From Obrimoposthia wandeli (taxonomy: Eukaryota): 64,000 nt of DNA. The DNA lies in NCBI GenBank assembly GCA_977020255.1, contig CDROCS010000506.1, positions 2,170,001 to 2,234,000 of the forward strand. Direction: 5' to 3'. Shown piece by piece: positions 30,488 through 39,717 of the stretch (the stretch's first letter is position 1; the number at the start of each line of letters is the position of its first letter). Under the pieces are notes generated by a model. That model was not told the origin of the DNA. It saw only the letters and a program-made list of their open reading frames with translations, and made no database searches. The position numbers and the translations under genes were made by a program.

Positions 30488-30694
30488 TTTTCATCTGACC
30501 TAAATTATCTTTTTTCTTCCTTGCTTTTTTGGTAGTCTGCGCTCACTTAAAGAATTGCCTACTTATGCCCTTAATAAAGATTGGTACATTGACTATCTTT
30601 AAATAAGGCGAAATACGATACCCGCTAATCAACAAGATTGTAAACAAGCTTATTGTTAACCTTGTGATTAGACAGATCTAAAACAGAGAATACT

Positions 30695-31348
30695 ATGACT
30701 CGTAAAAGAAAAGAACGCTCAGGCGGCCCATTAGCCATTGCTAAATCAGACCGTACTAAACGTGAAACAAATACTCAAGCAGTAGAAGCGCGTAAGCTAA
30801 AACGTTTAAAAAAACGTAAAGGTTTAGCATCAGGCAATAAAATGGCTGAAGCTGAAGCGGGCAAAAAACAACCTCGTGCTCCACGTAAATCTAGCGATCC
30901 GCGTGTAGGCAGTAAAACACCTATTCAATTAGTAGCGACTGTGACACCTGTTGCACAACCTAAAATTGTAAAAGTAAAACAGCCGAAAGCAGACGTGAAA
31001 CCAGTAGCACCTGTATTAACGTTCGAGCAAGAGCTTGATAAGTTAGAAAGTGATGCGCGTCTAAATAGTCTATTGTTACGTTTAGATAACAATGAAGTAC
31101 TAAACCATGATGATCAAGATTATGTTGATCAAGGTGTAGAGCGCCATGCATTCTTACTTGAAGAACTTGGTTATGCTGATGACGAAGAATTTGAAGAAGA
31201 TTACGACGAAGATGAGTGGGATGAAGCGATGATGGCTGAACTTGATGCTAAAGCGCTGAACACGAACACTGAAAAACTATCTGAAGATGAGTTGTATGAA
31301 CGCTTCTTAGCGACAGAGAAAAAATTAAAGAATAACGACGAGGGCTAA
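30695..31348 (+). CDS. yihI: Der GTPase-activating protein YihI
   Basis: KK.KGL.SG, DPR.GSK.PI.L, EL..LE.D.RLN.LL; acidic tail. Confidence 0.88.
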   Translation: MTRKRKERSGGPLAIAKSDRTKRETNTQAVEARKLKRLKKRKGLASGNKMAEAEAGKKQPRAPRKSSDPRVGSKTPIQLVATVTPVAQPKIVKVKQPKADVKPVAPVLTFEQELDKLESDARLNSLLLRLDNNEVLNHDDQDYVDQGVERHAFLLEELGYADDEEFEEDYDEDEWDEAMMAELDAKALNTNTEKLSEDELYERFLATEKKLKNNDEG

Positions 31349-31350
31349 TA

Positions 31351-31812
31351 ATGCAAGCGAGTTGGATGATTTTAATCGGCATTGGATGCCTGATCATTCT
31401 GGCATTATCAGTGTATGCAGGACGTTTACTTTATCGTGTAAAAGCGCAAAAAGTGCAGCAGCTAAATCAACAAAATAGCGCTATTGCTGCACGTAAAGTT
31501 CGCATCACTGAAAGTGTACAGATTATTGCTAAAGCTATGGGTAGTGAAGAGTGTGACTTGTCTGAAGGCACAATTCGTATCTGCAAGTTACTCGCCGCAA
31601 TCCCAGCAGCGGAACCTGTTGATTGGGTTAAGCTATATCCTGATTTACATGCGTTTTATGAAACAATAAAACACATGCCGATTATGGATGCTCGCAGTGA
31701 GTTATCAAAAAAAGAGCGCATGCAATTAGACTTAAACCGTTTTCGTTTTGAAGGTGAATACGCTGATCGTGTGCAACAAGATGTTGCTCGCTTAATCACG
31801 TTTGAATGTTAA
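31351..31812 (+). CDS. DUF2489-family protein
   Basis: N-terminal TM ending L..YAG.LL; ES...IAKA, CDLSEG.IR; lies between yihI and hemN. Confidence 0.75.
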   Translation: MQASWMILIGIGCLIILALSVYAGRLLYRVKAQKVQQLNQQNSAIAARKVRITESVQIIAKAMGSEECDLSEGTIRICKLLAAIPAAEPVDWVKLYPDLHAFYETIKHMPIMDARSELSKKERMQLDLNRFRFEGEYADRVQQDVARLITFEC

Positions 31813-31900
31813 TTAATAACGGCCTAATCGTTAATATTATGATGTAAGACAAACCGCACGGTATTGCTTTTCGGCATACTGTCGCGACTTGTCTTAGGGG

Positions 31901-33280
31901 ATGAATATGCTAAATCAAAAATTAGTCTGGGATCAGGCTATGATCGAAAAATATAATTACAGTGGCCCAAGGTATACATCGTATCCAACTGCGTTGGAAT
32001 TTGATGAATCGTTTGGTTATCAAGACTTTCGCTTTGCTTGCGACGAGACGCCAGATAAACCGTTGTCATTGTATGTGCATATTCCTTTCTGCCATAAGCT
32101 TTGTTATTACTGTGGTTGTAACAAGGTTATTACCCGCCATCTGCATAAAGCCGATAAGTACCTAGATGTACTCGAAGCTGAAATTAAGCTACAAGCACCG
32201 TTTTTCAAAAACCGTAATGTATCGCAATTACATTGGGGTGGTGGTACGCCTACATTTTTAACACAGCCACAAATTCAACGTTTGATTGATGTGTTAAAAG
32301 ACAGTTTTAATTTTGACGACGATGCTGAAATTTCGATTGAAGTTGACCCGCGTGAAATTGAACTGAGTACTATCGATCTATTATCTAAGGTTGGTTTTAA
32401 CCGTTTAAGCCTTGGTGTACAAGATTTTGATAAAAAAGTACAAGTTGCAGTTAATCGTGAGCAAGATGAAGATTTCATTTTTGCCATTATTAAACGTGCG
32501 CATGAACTTGGTTTTAAATCGACTAACATTGATTTAATTTATGGCTTACCACACCAAACTAAAGAAACTTTCCATAAGACTTTAGAACGTGTACTTGATT
32601 TAGACCCGGCTCGATTAACCGTATTTAACTATGCGCACATACCGAGTTTATTTGCTGGCCAGCGTAAAATGAAAGAAGAAGATATGCCGTCAGCTTCAGA
32701 TCGCTTAGCGATTTTGGAAGACGCGATTTCATTTTTAACTGACAACGGTTACCAGTTTATTGGTATGGATCACTTTGCTAAACCGGATGATGAATTGGCC
32801 ATTGCGCAGCGCGAAGGTATACTACATCGTAACTTCCAGGGTTATACAACCCAAGGTGAAAGTGATTTATTAGGTCTGGGTGTTTCTTCAATTAGTCAGA
32901 TTGGTAATGCCTATTCGCAAAACCAAAAAGAATTAAAAACTTATTACAAGCAAGTTGAAGAACTCGGTCATGCTCAATGGCGTGGTGTTGGTTTGAATGA
33001 CGATGATTCTATTCGTCGTGCTGTGATCAAGCAGCTAATGTGTAATTTTGAACTTGATATGGACAAAATTGCTCAGACATTTGACCTTGATTTCGCGAAC
33101 TACTTCGCTGAAGACATGGAGTTATTGCAAACGTTCATTAATGACGAATTGGTTATTATTGAAGGCAATATGCTGCAAGTTGCACCGAAAGGTAAATTGT
33201 TGATCCGTAATATTTGTATGTGTTTCGATGTGTATTTACGTCAACGCGCACGTCAGCAACAGTTTTCTCGGGTGATTTAA
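31901..33280 (+). CDS. hemN: Oxygen-independent coproporphyrinogen III oxidase
   Basis: GPRYTSYPTA, HIPFCHKLCYYCGC radical SAM motif, HRNFQGYTT. Confidence 0.97.
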   Translation: MNMLNQKLVWDQAMIEKYNYSGPRYTSYPTALEFDESFGYQDFRFACDETPDKPLSLYVHIPFCHKLCYYCGCNKVITRHLHKADKYLDVLEAEIKLQAPFFKNRNVSQLHWGGGTPTFLTQPQIQRLIDVLKDSFNFDDDAEISIEVDPREIELSTIDLLSKVGFNRLSLGVQDFDKKVQVAVNREQDEDFIFAIIKRAHELGFKSTNIDLIYGLPHQTKETFHKTLERVLDLDPARLTVFNYAHIPSLFAGQRKMKEEDMPSASDRLAILEDAISFLTDNGYQFIGMDHFAKPDDELAIAQREGILHRNFQGYTTQGESDLLGLGVSSISQIGNAYSQNQKELKTYYKQVEELGHAQWRGVGLNDDDSIRRAVIKQLMCNFELDMDKIAQTFDLDFANYFAEDMELLQTFINDELVIIEGNMLQVAPKGKLLIRNICMCFDVYLRQRARQQQFSRVI

Positions 33281-33307
33281 TCGTCCCAGTAAAATGACAT
33301 AATAATG

Positions 33308-33329
33308 AGGCACCTAAGGGTGCCTTTTT
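33308..33329 (+). terminator. Terminator after hemN
   Basis: aggcacc-taa-gggtgcctttt. Confidence 0.7.
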
Positions 33330-33532
33330 AATACCCGAAAGACAGGGGTTAGCCTTGTTATGACAAAATAGTACTCTCGATTTTTTGACTATTACGTTAG
33401 TATTAGCGACTTGATTTCATGGAAGATTAATATACATAACTTGGTATCTATGTAATATTGCTCTTCGACTAACATTATCGTATTTTATATAACGATTAAT
33501 GACGAAATGATCACAAAAATGGAAGAGCGCCT

Positions 33533-34138
33533 ATGAAAGCGATAGTCATTGATATTGATGATACAGTATTAGATTTTGGTTCTCGATTACGTGAATTTGT
33601 TAATCATCAATACGATAAGCAAGTGACTGGCAAACCATTAGCATGGGACTTATGTGAATGGTTGGGGATTAAAGAAGGTCAGGACGTTAAAATATTAAAA
33701 GAGTTTGCATCTAGCTGGCAATTTGGCGCGTTGGACGCATTACCAGGCGCATCTCGTATTCTGACGAAGTTAGCGCAAGAAGGTTATGAAATATTCTGTA
33801 TTACCGCCTGTAGTCGTGATGCACAAGTTGAAGCGCTACGTCGCGCCAATATGTATCATTGCTTTGGTAATATTTTCCAAGAAATTTTCTTTGTTGAATT
33901 TGGTGAGTCAAAAGCGACTTATTTAAATAAAATTCAACAGACACATGAAATCCATGCTTTTGTTGATGATAAATATGACAATCTAGTGGATGCGAAAAAT
34001 GCCGGTATCGACAACTGTATTATGATAAAACAACCGCATAACAAGGTGTTTCGAGATAATGTAACTTGTGCACACGATTGGTATGAAATTTCTCATATCA
34101 TTCAAACTTGGCACGGTAAGACATGGTCGATACAGTAA
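33533..34138 (+). CDS. HAD-fold 5'(3')-deoxyribonucleotidase-like protein
   Basis: IDIDDT motif I, ITAC motif II, K..YL, FVDD motif IV. Confidence 0.65.
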   Translation: MKAIVIDIDDTVLDFGSRLREFVNHQYDKQVTGKPLAWDLCEWLGIKEGQDVKILKEFASSWQFGALDALPGASRILTKLAQEGYEIFCITACSRDAQVEALRRANMYHCFGNIFQEIFFVEFGESKATYLNKIQQTHEIHAFVDDKYDNLVDAKNAGIDNCIMIKQPHNKVFRDNVTCAHDWYEISHIIQTWHGKTWSIQ

Positions 34139-34287
34139 GCTAAACTTAGTATTAGCGATGAAGGTCTCAGTTATGCACAGTATCTGAGTTTTTCAATTTG
34201 TAGTTTTAATTAGTACTTATGACTTTCAGATGAAAGTGGTACTATCTATTTTATAGGTAACCTTAATTGTGTGGGATATGAGCAATC

Positions 34288-35025
34288 ATGCAGCAACGAC
34301 ATACTGATATTATTAATCTTGTAAATGAAGAGGGACGCGCGTCTGTCGGCGAAATGTCGGTTAAGTTGGGTGTTTCAGAGGTCACGATCCGTCATGATCT
34401 GAACAAGTTAGAAAAAGAAGGCTTCATTCGTCGTGTTCATGGTGGTGCTACTCCACATAATACCGATAACGTGTCTCACCGTATTACGGTTAATTACGAA
34501 CACAAGCGTAAGATGGCTATGTGCGCAGCAAGTCTGGTTGAGCATGGCGAAACTGTCATGATCGAAGGCGGTAGTGCGAATGCATTATTGGCGAAAGAAC
34601 TGGGCAAACGTAGTGATGTAACTATCATTACACCAAGCAGCTATATTGCACACTTGATGAAAGAAACAGACGTTAAGATCATTGTATTAGGCGGCCTGTA
34701 TCAACATGAAAGTGAAAGTATGGTGGGTACATTGACGCGTCTTTGCATCAAACACACTCACTTTACTAAAGCATTCTTGGGCATTGATGGCTTGCACCCT
34801 AATACTGGCTTTACTAGTCGTAATATGATGCGTGCAGATGTTGGTGTGGCAATTTTAGAGAAAGGTGCGCAGAATATTGTTATCACTGATTCTTCTAAAT
34901 TTGGGCAAGTGCACAATACGCCATTATATCAATTCGAACAGGTTGATATGGTTATTACTGACGAAGATGCTTCGTTAGAGTATGTACATTTATTAGAAAA
35001 ACATAATATTAAAGTCGTAAAATAA
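34288..35025 (+). CDS. yciT: DeoR-family transcriptional regulator, YciT-like
   Basis: HTH VSEVTIRHDL..LE..G...RVHGGA; DeoR C-terminal D.SKFG. Confidence 0.75.
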   Translation: MQQRHTDIINLVNEEGRASVGEMSVKLGVSEVTIRHDLNKLEKEGFIRRVHGGATPHNTDNVSHRITVNYEHKRKMAMCAASLVEHGETVMIEGGSANALLAKELGKRSDVTIITPSSYIAHLMKETDVKIIVLGGLYQHESESMVGTLTRLCIKHTHFTKAFLGIDGLHPNTGFTSRNMMRADVGVAILEKGAQNIVITDSSKFGQVHNTPLYQFEQVDMVITDEDASLEYVHLLEKHNIKVVK

Positions 35026-35064
35026 TTTTCCTCTACGGCTAATTTAATCTATGTTTTATTAAAA

Positions 35065-35101
35065 CCAGTTAGAATTGTTATAATATAACAATTCTAACTG
35101 G
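35065..35101. promoter_or_regulatory. Perfect 18-1-18 palindrome centred on TATAAT; candidate operator
   Basis: ccagttagaattgttata-a-tataacaattctaactgg. Confidence 0.6.
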
Positions 35102-35162
35102 CGTCCGTCATAAGTGTTATGTTATATTATAACGCTTGTTTACTGACCCTCGTGTTTATACC

Positions 35163-37199
35163 ATGTCTTTATTGTTATTTCTGAGTATTGCTACGCTTTT
35201 CCTTGGCCCTTATTTATGTAAATTTGTCGGCTCTAAATCCGATCGTTTTGCTTTCTTCGACAGCTTTATTTTTGTCTCTATTGGCGGTTTGGTATTATTC
35301 CATATCTTGCCTGAGCTGCTGGAAAGTGGCGGTATTGCTGTGCTTGGATTAATGCTGGTTGGCTTATTTGGCCCTGGCATGGTCGAAAAAATATTCCATA
35401 AAGTCGCTAAACAAACCCATTCGGTTACCTTGATATTAGGTGTGTTGGGTTTAGTCTTGCACGCGATCACCGATGGTGGCGCGCTGGCTATTGAAGACGA
35501 TCAGACCGCTTATTTGTTAGCTATTGGTGTGGTACTACATCGTTTCCCTGTTGGTTTGACCGTGTGGTGGTTGTTACGACCGCATTATGGTCGCGCGCTA
35601 CCTTTAGCTGTATTAACGGCAATGTCAGTGGCAACGGCTGCTGGTGCTTGGTTGGGCGGTGAACTGATTGCCCACGATAGCGGTAATTGGTTGATCTGGT
35701 TCCAAGCGTTAGTAATGGGCTCTATCTTACATGTGGTATTTCACCAGCCTTATAAACAAGAACACGGTAAAGAAACTCAGCGTGATAAATTTGCCGCCGG
35801 TACTGGTAGCTTAATTGGCGCTATGTGTTTACTTGCGGTATTACTGCCACATTGGTTAGGTTATGCGCCACATAATCATGATGCCCCAGCAACCGTAGCG
35901 TCACAGACTGTTACCTCAACAGAATTACACGCTGATGAGCACGCTGGACATGATGACCGTGTTGGACATGATGACAATCATGAAGGGCACGATGACCATG
36001 CAGGACATGATGACCATGCAGGGCACGATGACCATGTTGGACATGATGACCATGTTGGACATGATGACCATGTTGGACATGATGACAATCATGAAGGGCA
36101 CGATGACCAAACAGAAAATGCTGATCACGCAGGACACGAACACAGCAGTGAAACAGCAGAAACCTTACTACGTTTCGTGAGCTTATCACTGCATGCTGCA
36201 CCAGCATTATTATTCGCTTATATCCTTACTTGGCTGATTAATTTTGTGAAACCAGCCTTTAATATGGTCGGTCAACTGCGTAGTAGTAGCCCTGTTGCTG
36301 GCGCCTTAAAAGGCACATTAATTGGTTTACCACTACCGATTTGCATTCCTGATGCATCGGGTATGTATAAGCAATTGATTAAAGCGGGTTGTGGTTCTGC
36401 ATTAGCGGTTTCATTTTTAGTGGCATCGCCTGTTATTGGTTTTGATGCGCTACTTATTTCATTACCGCTGTTGGGTGTTGAGTGGGTTGGTATACGTTTA
36501 GTGATGGCTGTGATCTTAGCGGTGACCTTAGGTCTGCTTATTGGCTCATTATTCAAAAAACATGACTTGAATAACGATACTTGCGCGACGACGGCAGAGT
36601 TAGAGGCGTCAACGTCACGCCTTAAGCGTGCATTTGAACATGGTTTCTCACACCTTATTGATCATACTGCACCTTGGGTATTATTTGGTTTGATTGCGGC
36701 GGCGACATTTACGCCAACCATTGGCTGGGAGTTCTTACAGCAAGAACCTTGGTTACAGGTTGTATTGGCTATTCTAATTGCCTTACCGTTCCACTTCTGT
36801 GCAACTGGTATTACGCCTGTGCTAGCCATTATGTTGGTTGCTGGTGTTTCACCTGGTGCGGTTGTGGCCTTTAGTTTAGTGGGTCCAACGCTGAACTTAG
36901 ATTTGTATCGCTTCATTAAAGATAATCAAGGTAAGCATATTGCGATGGCTGTCGTGATGGCGATTGTTACTGTCGCGCTACTGCTAGGCTTAGGCATTAT
37001 GTATTGGGTACCTGAGTTACCTAAACCTTGGTTAACGTTAGCGCCGCATTGGCAAGATGATTGGTGGCGTTATGTTAGTTTAGCGATAGTGACAGTGCTA
37101 TTTGCGATTAGTATTTTACGTCGTGGAGCACGTAGCTTCATGCTGGAGTTATTACCGCATAGCTTTAAAAATGCGAAACCACATCATCATCACCATTAG
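35163..37199 (+). CDS. Metal-efflux-type permease (SO_0444-like; ZIP-like N-half plus ArsP/DUF318-like C-half) with a His-rich loop
   Basis: LFHILPEL, LHAITDG, LHRFPVG, LHVVFH; multi-TM; C-terminal HHHHH. Confidence 0.75.
   Translation: MSLLLFLSIATLFLGPYLCKFVGSKSDRFAFFDSFIFVSIGGLVLFHILPELLESGGIAVLGLMLVGLFGPGMVEKIFHKVAKQTHSVTLILGVLGLVLHAITDGGALAIEDDQTAYLLAIGVVLHRFPVGLTVWWLLRPHYGRALPLAVLTAMSVATAAGAWLGGELIAHDSGNWLIWFQALVMGSILHVVFHQPYKQEHGKETQRDKFAAGTGSLIGAMCLLAVLLPHWLGYAPHNHDAPATVASQTVTSTELHADEHAGHDDRVGHDDNHEGHDDHAGHDDHAGHDDHVGHDDHVGHDDHVGHDDNHEGHDDQTENADHAGHEHSSETAETLLRFVSLSLHAAPALLFAYILTWLINFVKPAFNMVGQLRSSSPVAGALKGTLIGLPLPICIPDASGMYKQLIKAGCGSALAVSFLVASPVIGFDALLISLPLLGVEWVGIRLVMAVILAVTLGLLIGSLFKKHDLNNDTCATTAELEASTSRLKRAFEHGFSHLIDHTAPWVLFGLIAAATFTPTIGWEFLQQEPWLQVVLAILIALPFHFCATGITPVLAIMLVAGVSPGAVVAFSLVGPTLNLDLYRFIKDNQGKHIAMAVVMAIVTVALLLGLGIMYWVPELPKPWLTLAPHWQDDWWRYVSLAIVTVLFAISILRRGARSFMLELLPHSFKNAKPHHHHH
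35940..36107 (+). repeat. In-frame minisatellite of nine GHDD units (7 x 18 bp plus 2 x 21 bp)
   Basis: Encodes H[AV]GHDD, RVGHDD and NHEGHDD; 168 nt. Confidence 0.92.
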
Positions 37200-37315
37200 A
37201 CGGTGATATCAATCTTACTGCCACGGGCGTCACGTCGTTTACTGACTCGGCGTTCGTAACGGGGATTGTGATTTAATTTTCGTTGCCGCCGCTCATGGCG
37301 GTGACGATGCTCCAT
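37196..37315 (-). CDS. Small Arg/His-rich protein (39 aa from 37315; 64 aa if started at 37390)
   Basis: AAGGAG SD before the ATG at 37315; MEHRHRHERRQRKLNHNPRYERRVSKRRDARGSKIDITV. Confidence 0.5.
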   Translation of the reverse strand: MEHRHRHERRQRKLNHNPRYERRVSKRRDARGSKIDITV

Positions 37316-37600
37316 GATAAATTCTCCTTTCACTTCTATCGTGTCGATGACCTCGATATCTTGATTTATATTCTCTATATTTGCTTCCATGCCGACCTGC
37401 TTGTGGTTTATAGAAATAACTCTCTGTTAATATGCAATTTTTGTATCAACCTTTAGCTAATTAGTTTTACATTTGTAAGGTTAAATCTGATCTGGTTTAC
37501 TAATATTAGTATAGTTACAGGTAAACTAAGTATTCATTACCGATGAATGTTGGGTAACAGACAAAAGAGGCTAGTATGCTAAATCAGGGACGGTTACTTC

Positions 37601-38215
37601 ATGCCAAAAAACGTTAGCGATGTATTAAGCCAAGATGAGCTTAATTTATTACAGGAAGTCATCGAAAGCCAAGCTGAACATAGCTGCAATGATATTACGA
37701 TGCTTGATATATCGAAACAGTTGCTTAATATTTTAGCGCAATCGAGTGATATTGTACTTGTTGCTCAGCGCGAGCAAGAGGAGTATCGCTTTCCGCTGTA
37801 TTTACTCAATGATGAGCTGAAGGAATTAGGCCTGCCAGATATTATTGATCATAAAGGTGGTGGGGGCCGCTATTGGCGTTTCGCTGCGCCAAAAGGGCTG
37901 AAAATTTTCGACCATAAAGGCGATGTGTTATTAGGTGTCGTCAGTAATATTTCCACCTCGGGATTATTCATGCTTTGTAGTGAACAGCAACTTGCATCGT
38001 CAGGTCTTAATCTAAAAGAGGGGGGGAATCTACGCTTTTATCTCAAGATCCCACAGCGTGGTTTTCACTTAGTGGATGCCACCGTCGTCAGGATTGAAAG
38101 TGAGAAAAATAATATTAAAGGACTTGCGTTAAAATTTAATATTAACGCTGAACTGACGTTAATATTACATGATTATATTATTGAACAGCACGATACTTTA
38201 ACTCAATTAGATTAG
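37601..38215 (+). CDS. PilZ-domain protein with an N-terminal FliM-N-like helix
   Basis: NISTSG (D/NxSxxG), RYWR variant of RxxxR, C-terminal VVR...GLALKF; N-terminal DVLSQDELNLL. Confidence 0.65.
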   Translation: MPKNVSDVLSQDELNLLQEVIESQAEHSCNDITMLDISKQLLNILAQSSDIVLVAQREQEEYRFPLYLLNDELKELGLPDIIDHKGGGGRYWRFAAPKGLKIFDHKGDVLLGVVSNISTSGLFMLCSEQQLASSGLNLKEGGNLRFYLKIPQRGFHLVDATVVRIESEKNNIKGLALKFNINAELTLILHDYIIEQHDTLTQLD

Positions 38216-38290
38216 CAGTTAACCGGCTCAACTGTTGCCAGCTAACTGCGCGTAACATCTATTTATACATGGATGTATACGTTGATTTAA

Positions 38291-39706
38291 TTAACTGATA
38301 TCCAGTTCTTTTAATTTACGCGTCAGGGTATTACGACCCCAGCCCAATAGTTTTGCTGCATCTTGCTTATGCCCTTGGGTATATTCTAATGCCGTCTGCA
38401 ACATAATTCGTTCAAAATCAGGCATGGCTTCGGCAAGAATATCGCTTTGTCCTGATGCTAATTGCTGCGCTGTCCAGGTCTTTAATTGGCTACGCCAATC
38501 GCCAAGTTCTGCGCCACTATTATTCAGTTTTACAGGTTGTTCATTGGTGATCTCTGGTGGTAAATCATCAATGAAAACTTCTTGGCCACTGGCCATTACT
38601 GTTAACCAACGACAAATATTTTCAAGTTGACGCACATTACCAGACCAATGGTGATTGGCTAAGTAAGTTTCGGCTTCTTTGCTGAGGATTTTGGTTTCGA
38701 CACTTAGCTCTTTGCCTGCGCGAATTAAAAAGTGCTGGGCTAATTTAGGGATATCTTCACGGCGCTGATTCAGTGAGGGAATGTGAATTCGGATCACGTT
38801 TAAGCGATGAAATAAATCTTCACGAAAACTACCATCAGCGACCTTTTGTTCTAAGTTTTGGTGAGTTGCGGCAATGATACGCACATCAACACTTACCGGT
38901 GAATGACCACCGACACGATAAAACTGACCATCGGATAATACCCGTAACAGCCGCGTCTGAATATCGATCGGCATATCACCAATCTCATCTAAAAATAGCG
39001 TACCGCCATTGGCTTGTTCAAAACGACCATTACGGACATTTGCGGCACCAGTAAAGGCACCTTTTTCATGGCCAAACAGTTCTGATTCAATTAAATCTTT
39101 GGGGATCGCAGCCATATTCAAGGCGATAAACTCATTATTTACCCGTGGGCTATGCTTGTGCAATGCCTGGGCAACGAGTTCTTTACCTGTGCCTGATTCG
39201 CCATTAATTAATACACTGATTGATGAGCGTGATAAGCGTCCAATCGCGCGAAAGACTTCCTGCATGGCAGGTGCTTCTCCAATAATTTCCGTCACGGGCG
39301 CGACTTTATTATTTTTGCGGCGATTCTTCGATTGCTCTCTGGCATGCGTGACTGCACGAGTCGCTAAAGACACCGCTTCATCAATATCAAATGGCTTGGG
39401 TAAGTATTCGAATGCACCAGCCTGATACGCATTAACAGCACTATCAAGATCGGAATGAGCGGTCATGATGATGATAGGTAAGTCTGGATGAGTAGCATGT
39501 ACTTTACCCATCAATTCTAACCCTGTCATTTCCGGCATACGGATATCAGAGATGATAATGTCAGGCTGTTCGAATTCTAATTTATTTAATAAAGCATGTG
39601 GTTCAGCAAATGCAACGGTATTAAACGCTTGTGATTTTAGTGCTTTATCAAGTACCCAACGGATAGAACTATCGTCATCGACAATCCAAACTGTAGCTGT
39701 TGTCAT
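38291..39706 (-). CDS. glnG: Nitrogen regulation response regulator NtrC
   Basis: REC domain, GESGTGKE, ESELFGHEKGAFTGA, C-terminal HTH LGWGRNTLTRK. Confidence 0.97.
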   Translation of the reverse strand: MTTATVWIVDDDSSIRWVLDKALKSQAFNTVAFAEPHALLNKLEFEQPDIIISDIRMPEMTGLELMGKVHATHPDLPIIIMTAHSDLDSAVNAYQAGAFEYLPKPFDIDEAVSLATRAVTHAREQSKNRRKNNKVAPVTEIIGEAPAMQEVFRAIGRLSRSSISVLINGESGTGKELVAQALHKHSPRVNNEFIALNMAAIPKDLIESELFGHEKGAFTGAANVRNGRFEQANGGTLFLDEIGDMPIDIQTRLLRVLSDGQFYRVGGHSPVSVDVRIIAATHQNLEQKVADGSFREDLFHRLNVIRIHIPSLNQRREDIPKLAQHFLIRAGKELSVETKILSKEAETYLANHHWSGNVRQLENICRWLTVMASGQEVFIDDLPPEITNEQPVKLNNSGAELGDWRSQLKTWTAQQLASGQSDILAEAMPDFERIMLQTALEYTQGHKQDAAKLLGWGRNTLTRKLKELDIS

Positions 39707-39717
39707 CGTTTAATCCT

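Noticed and set aside
35911-36207. Alternative-frame ORFs over the His repeat (MTMLDM..., VQHGHH...)
   Set aside because: Stop-free by-products of the minisatellite; only the permease frame extends beyond the repeat
37524-37548. sigma28 promoter for the PilZ gene (TAAA...ACCGATGA)
   Set aside because: The spacer is 13 bp rather than about 15 and the -10 has two mismatches
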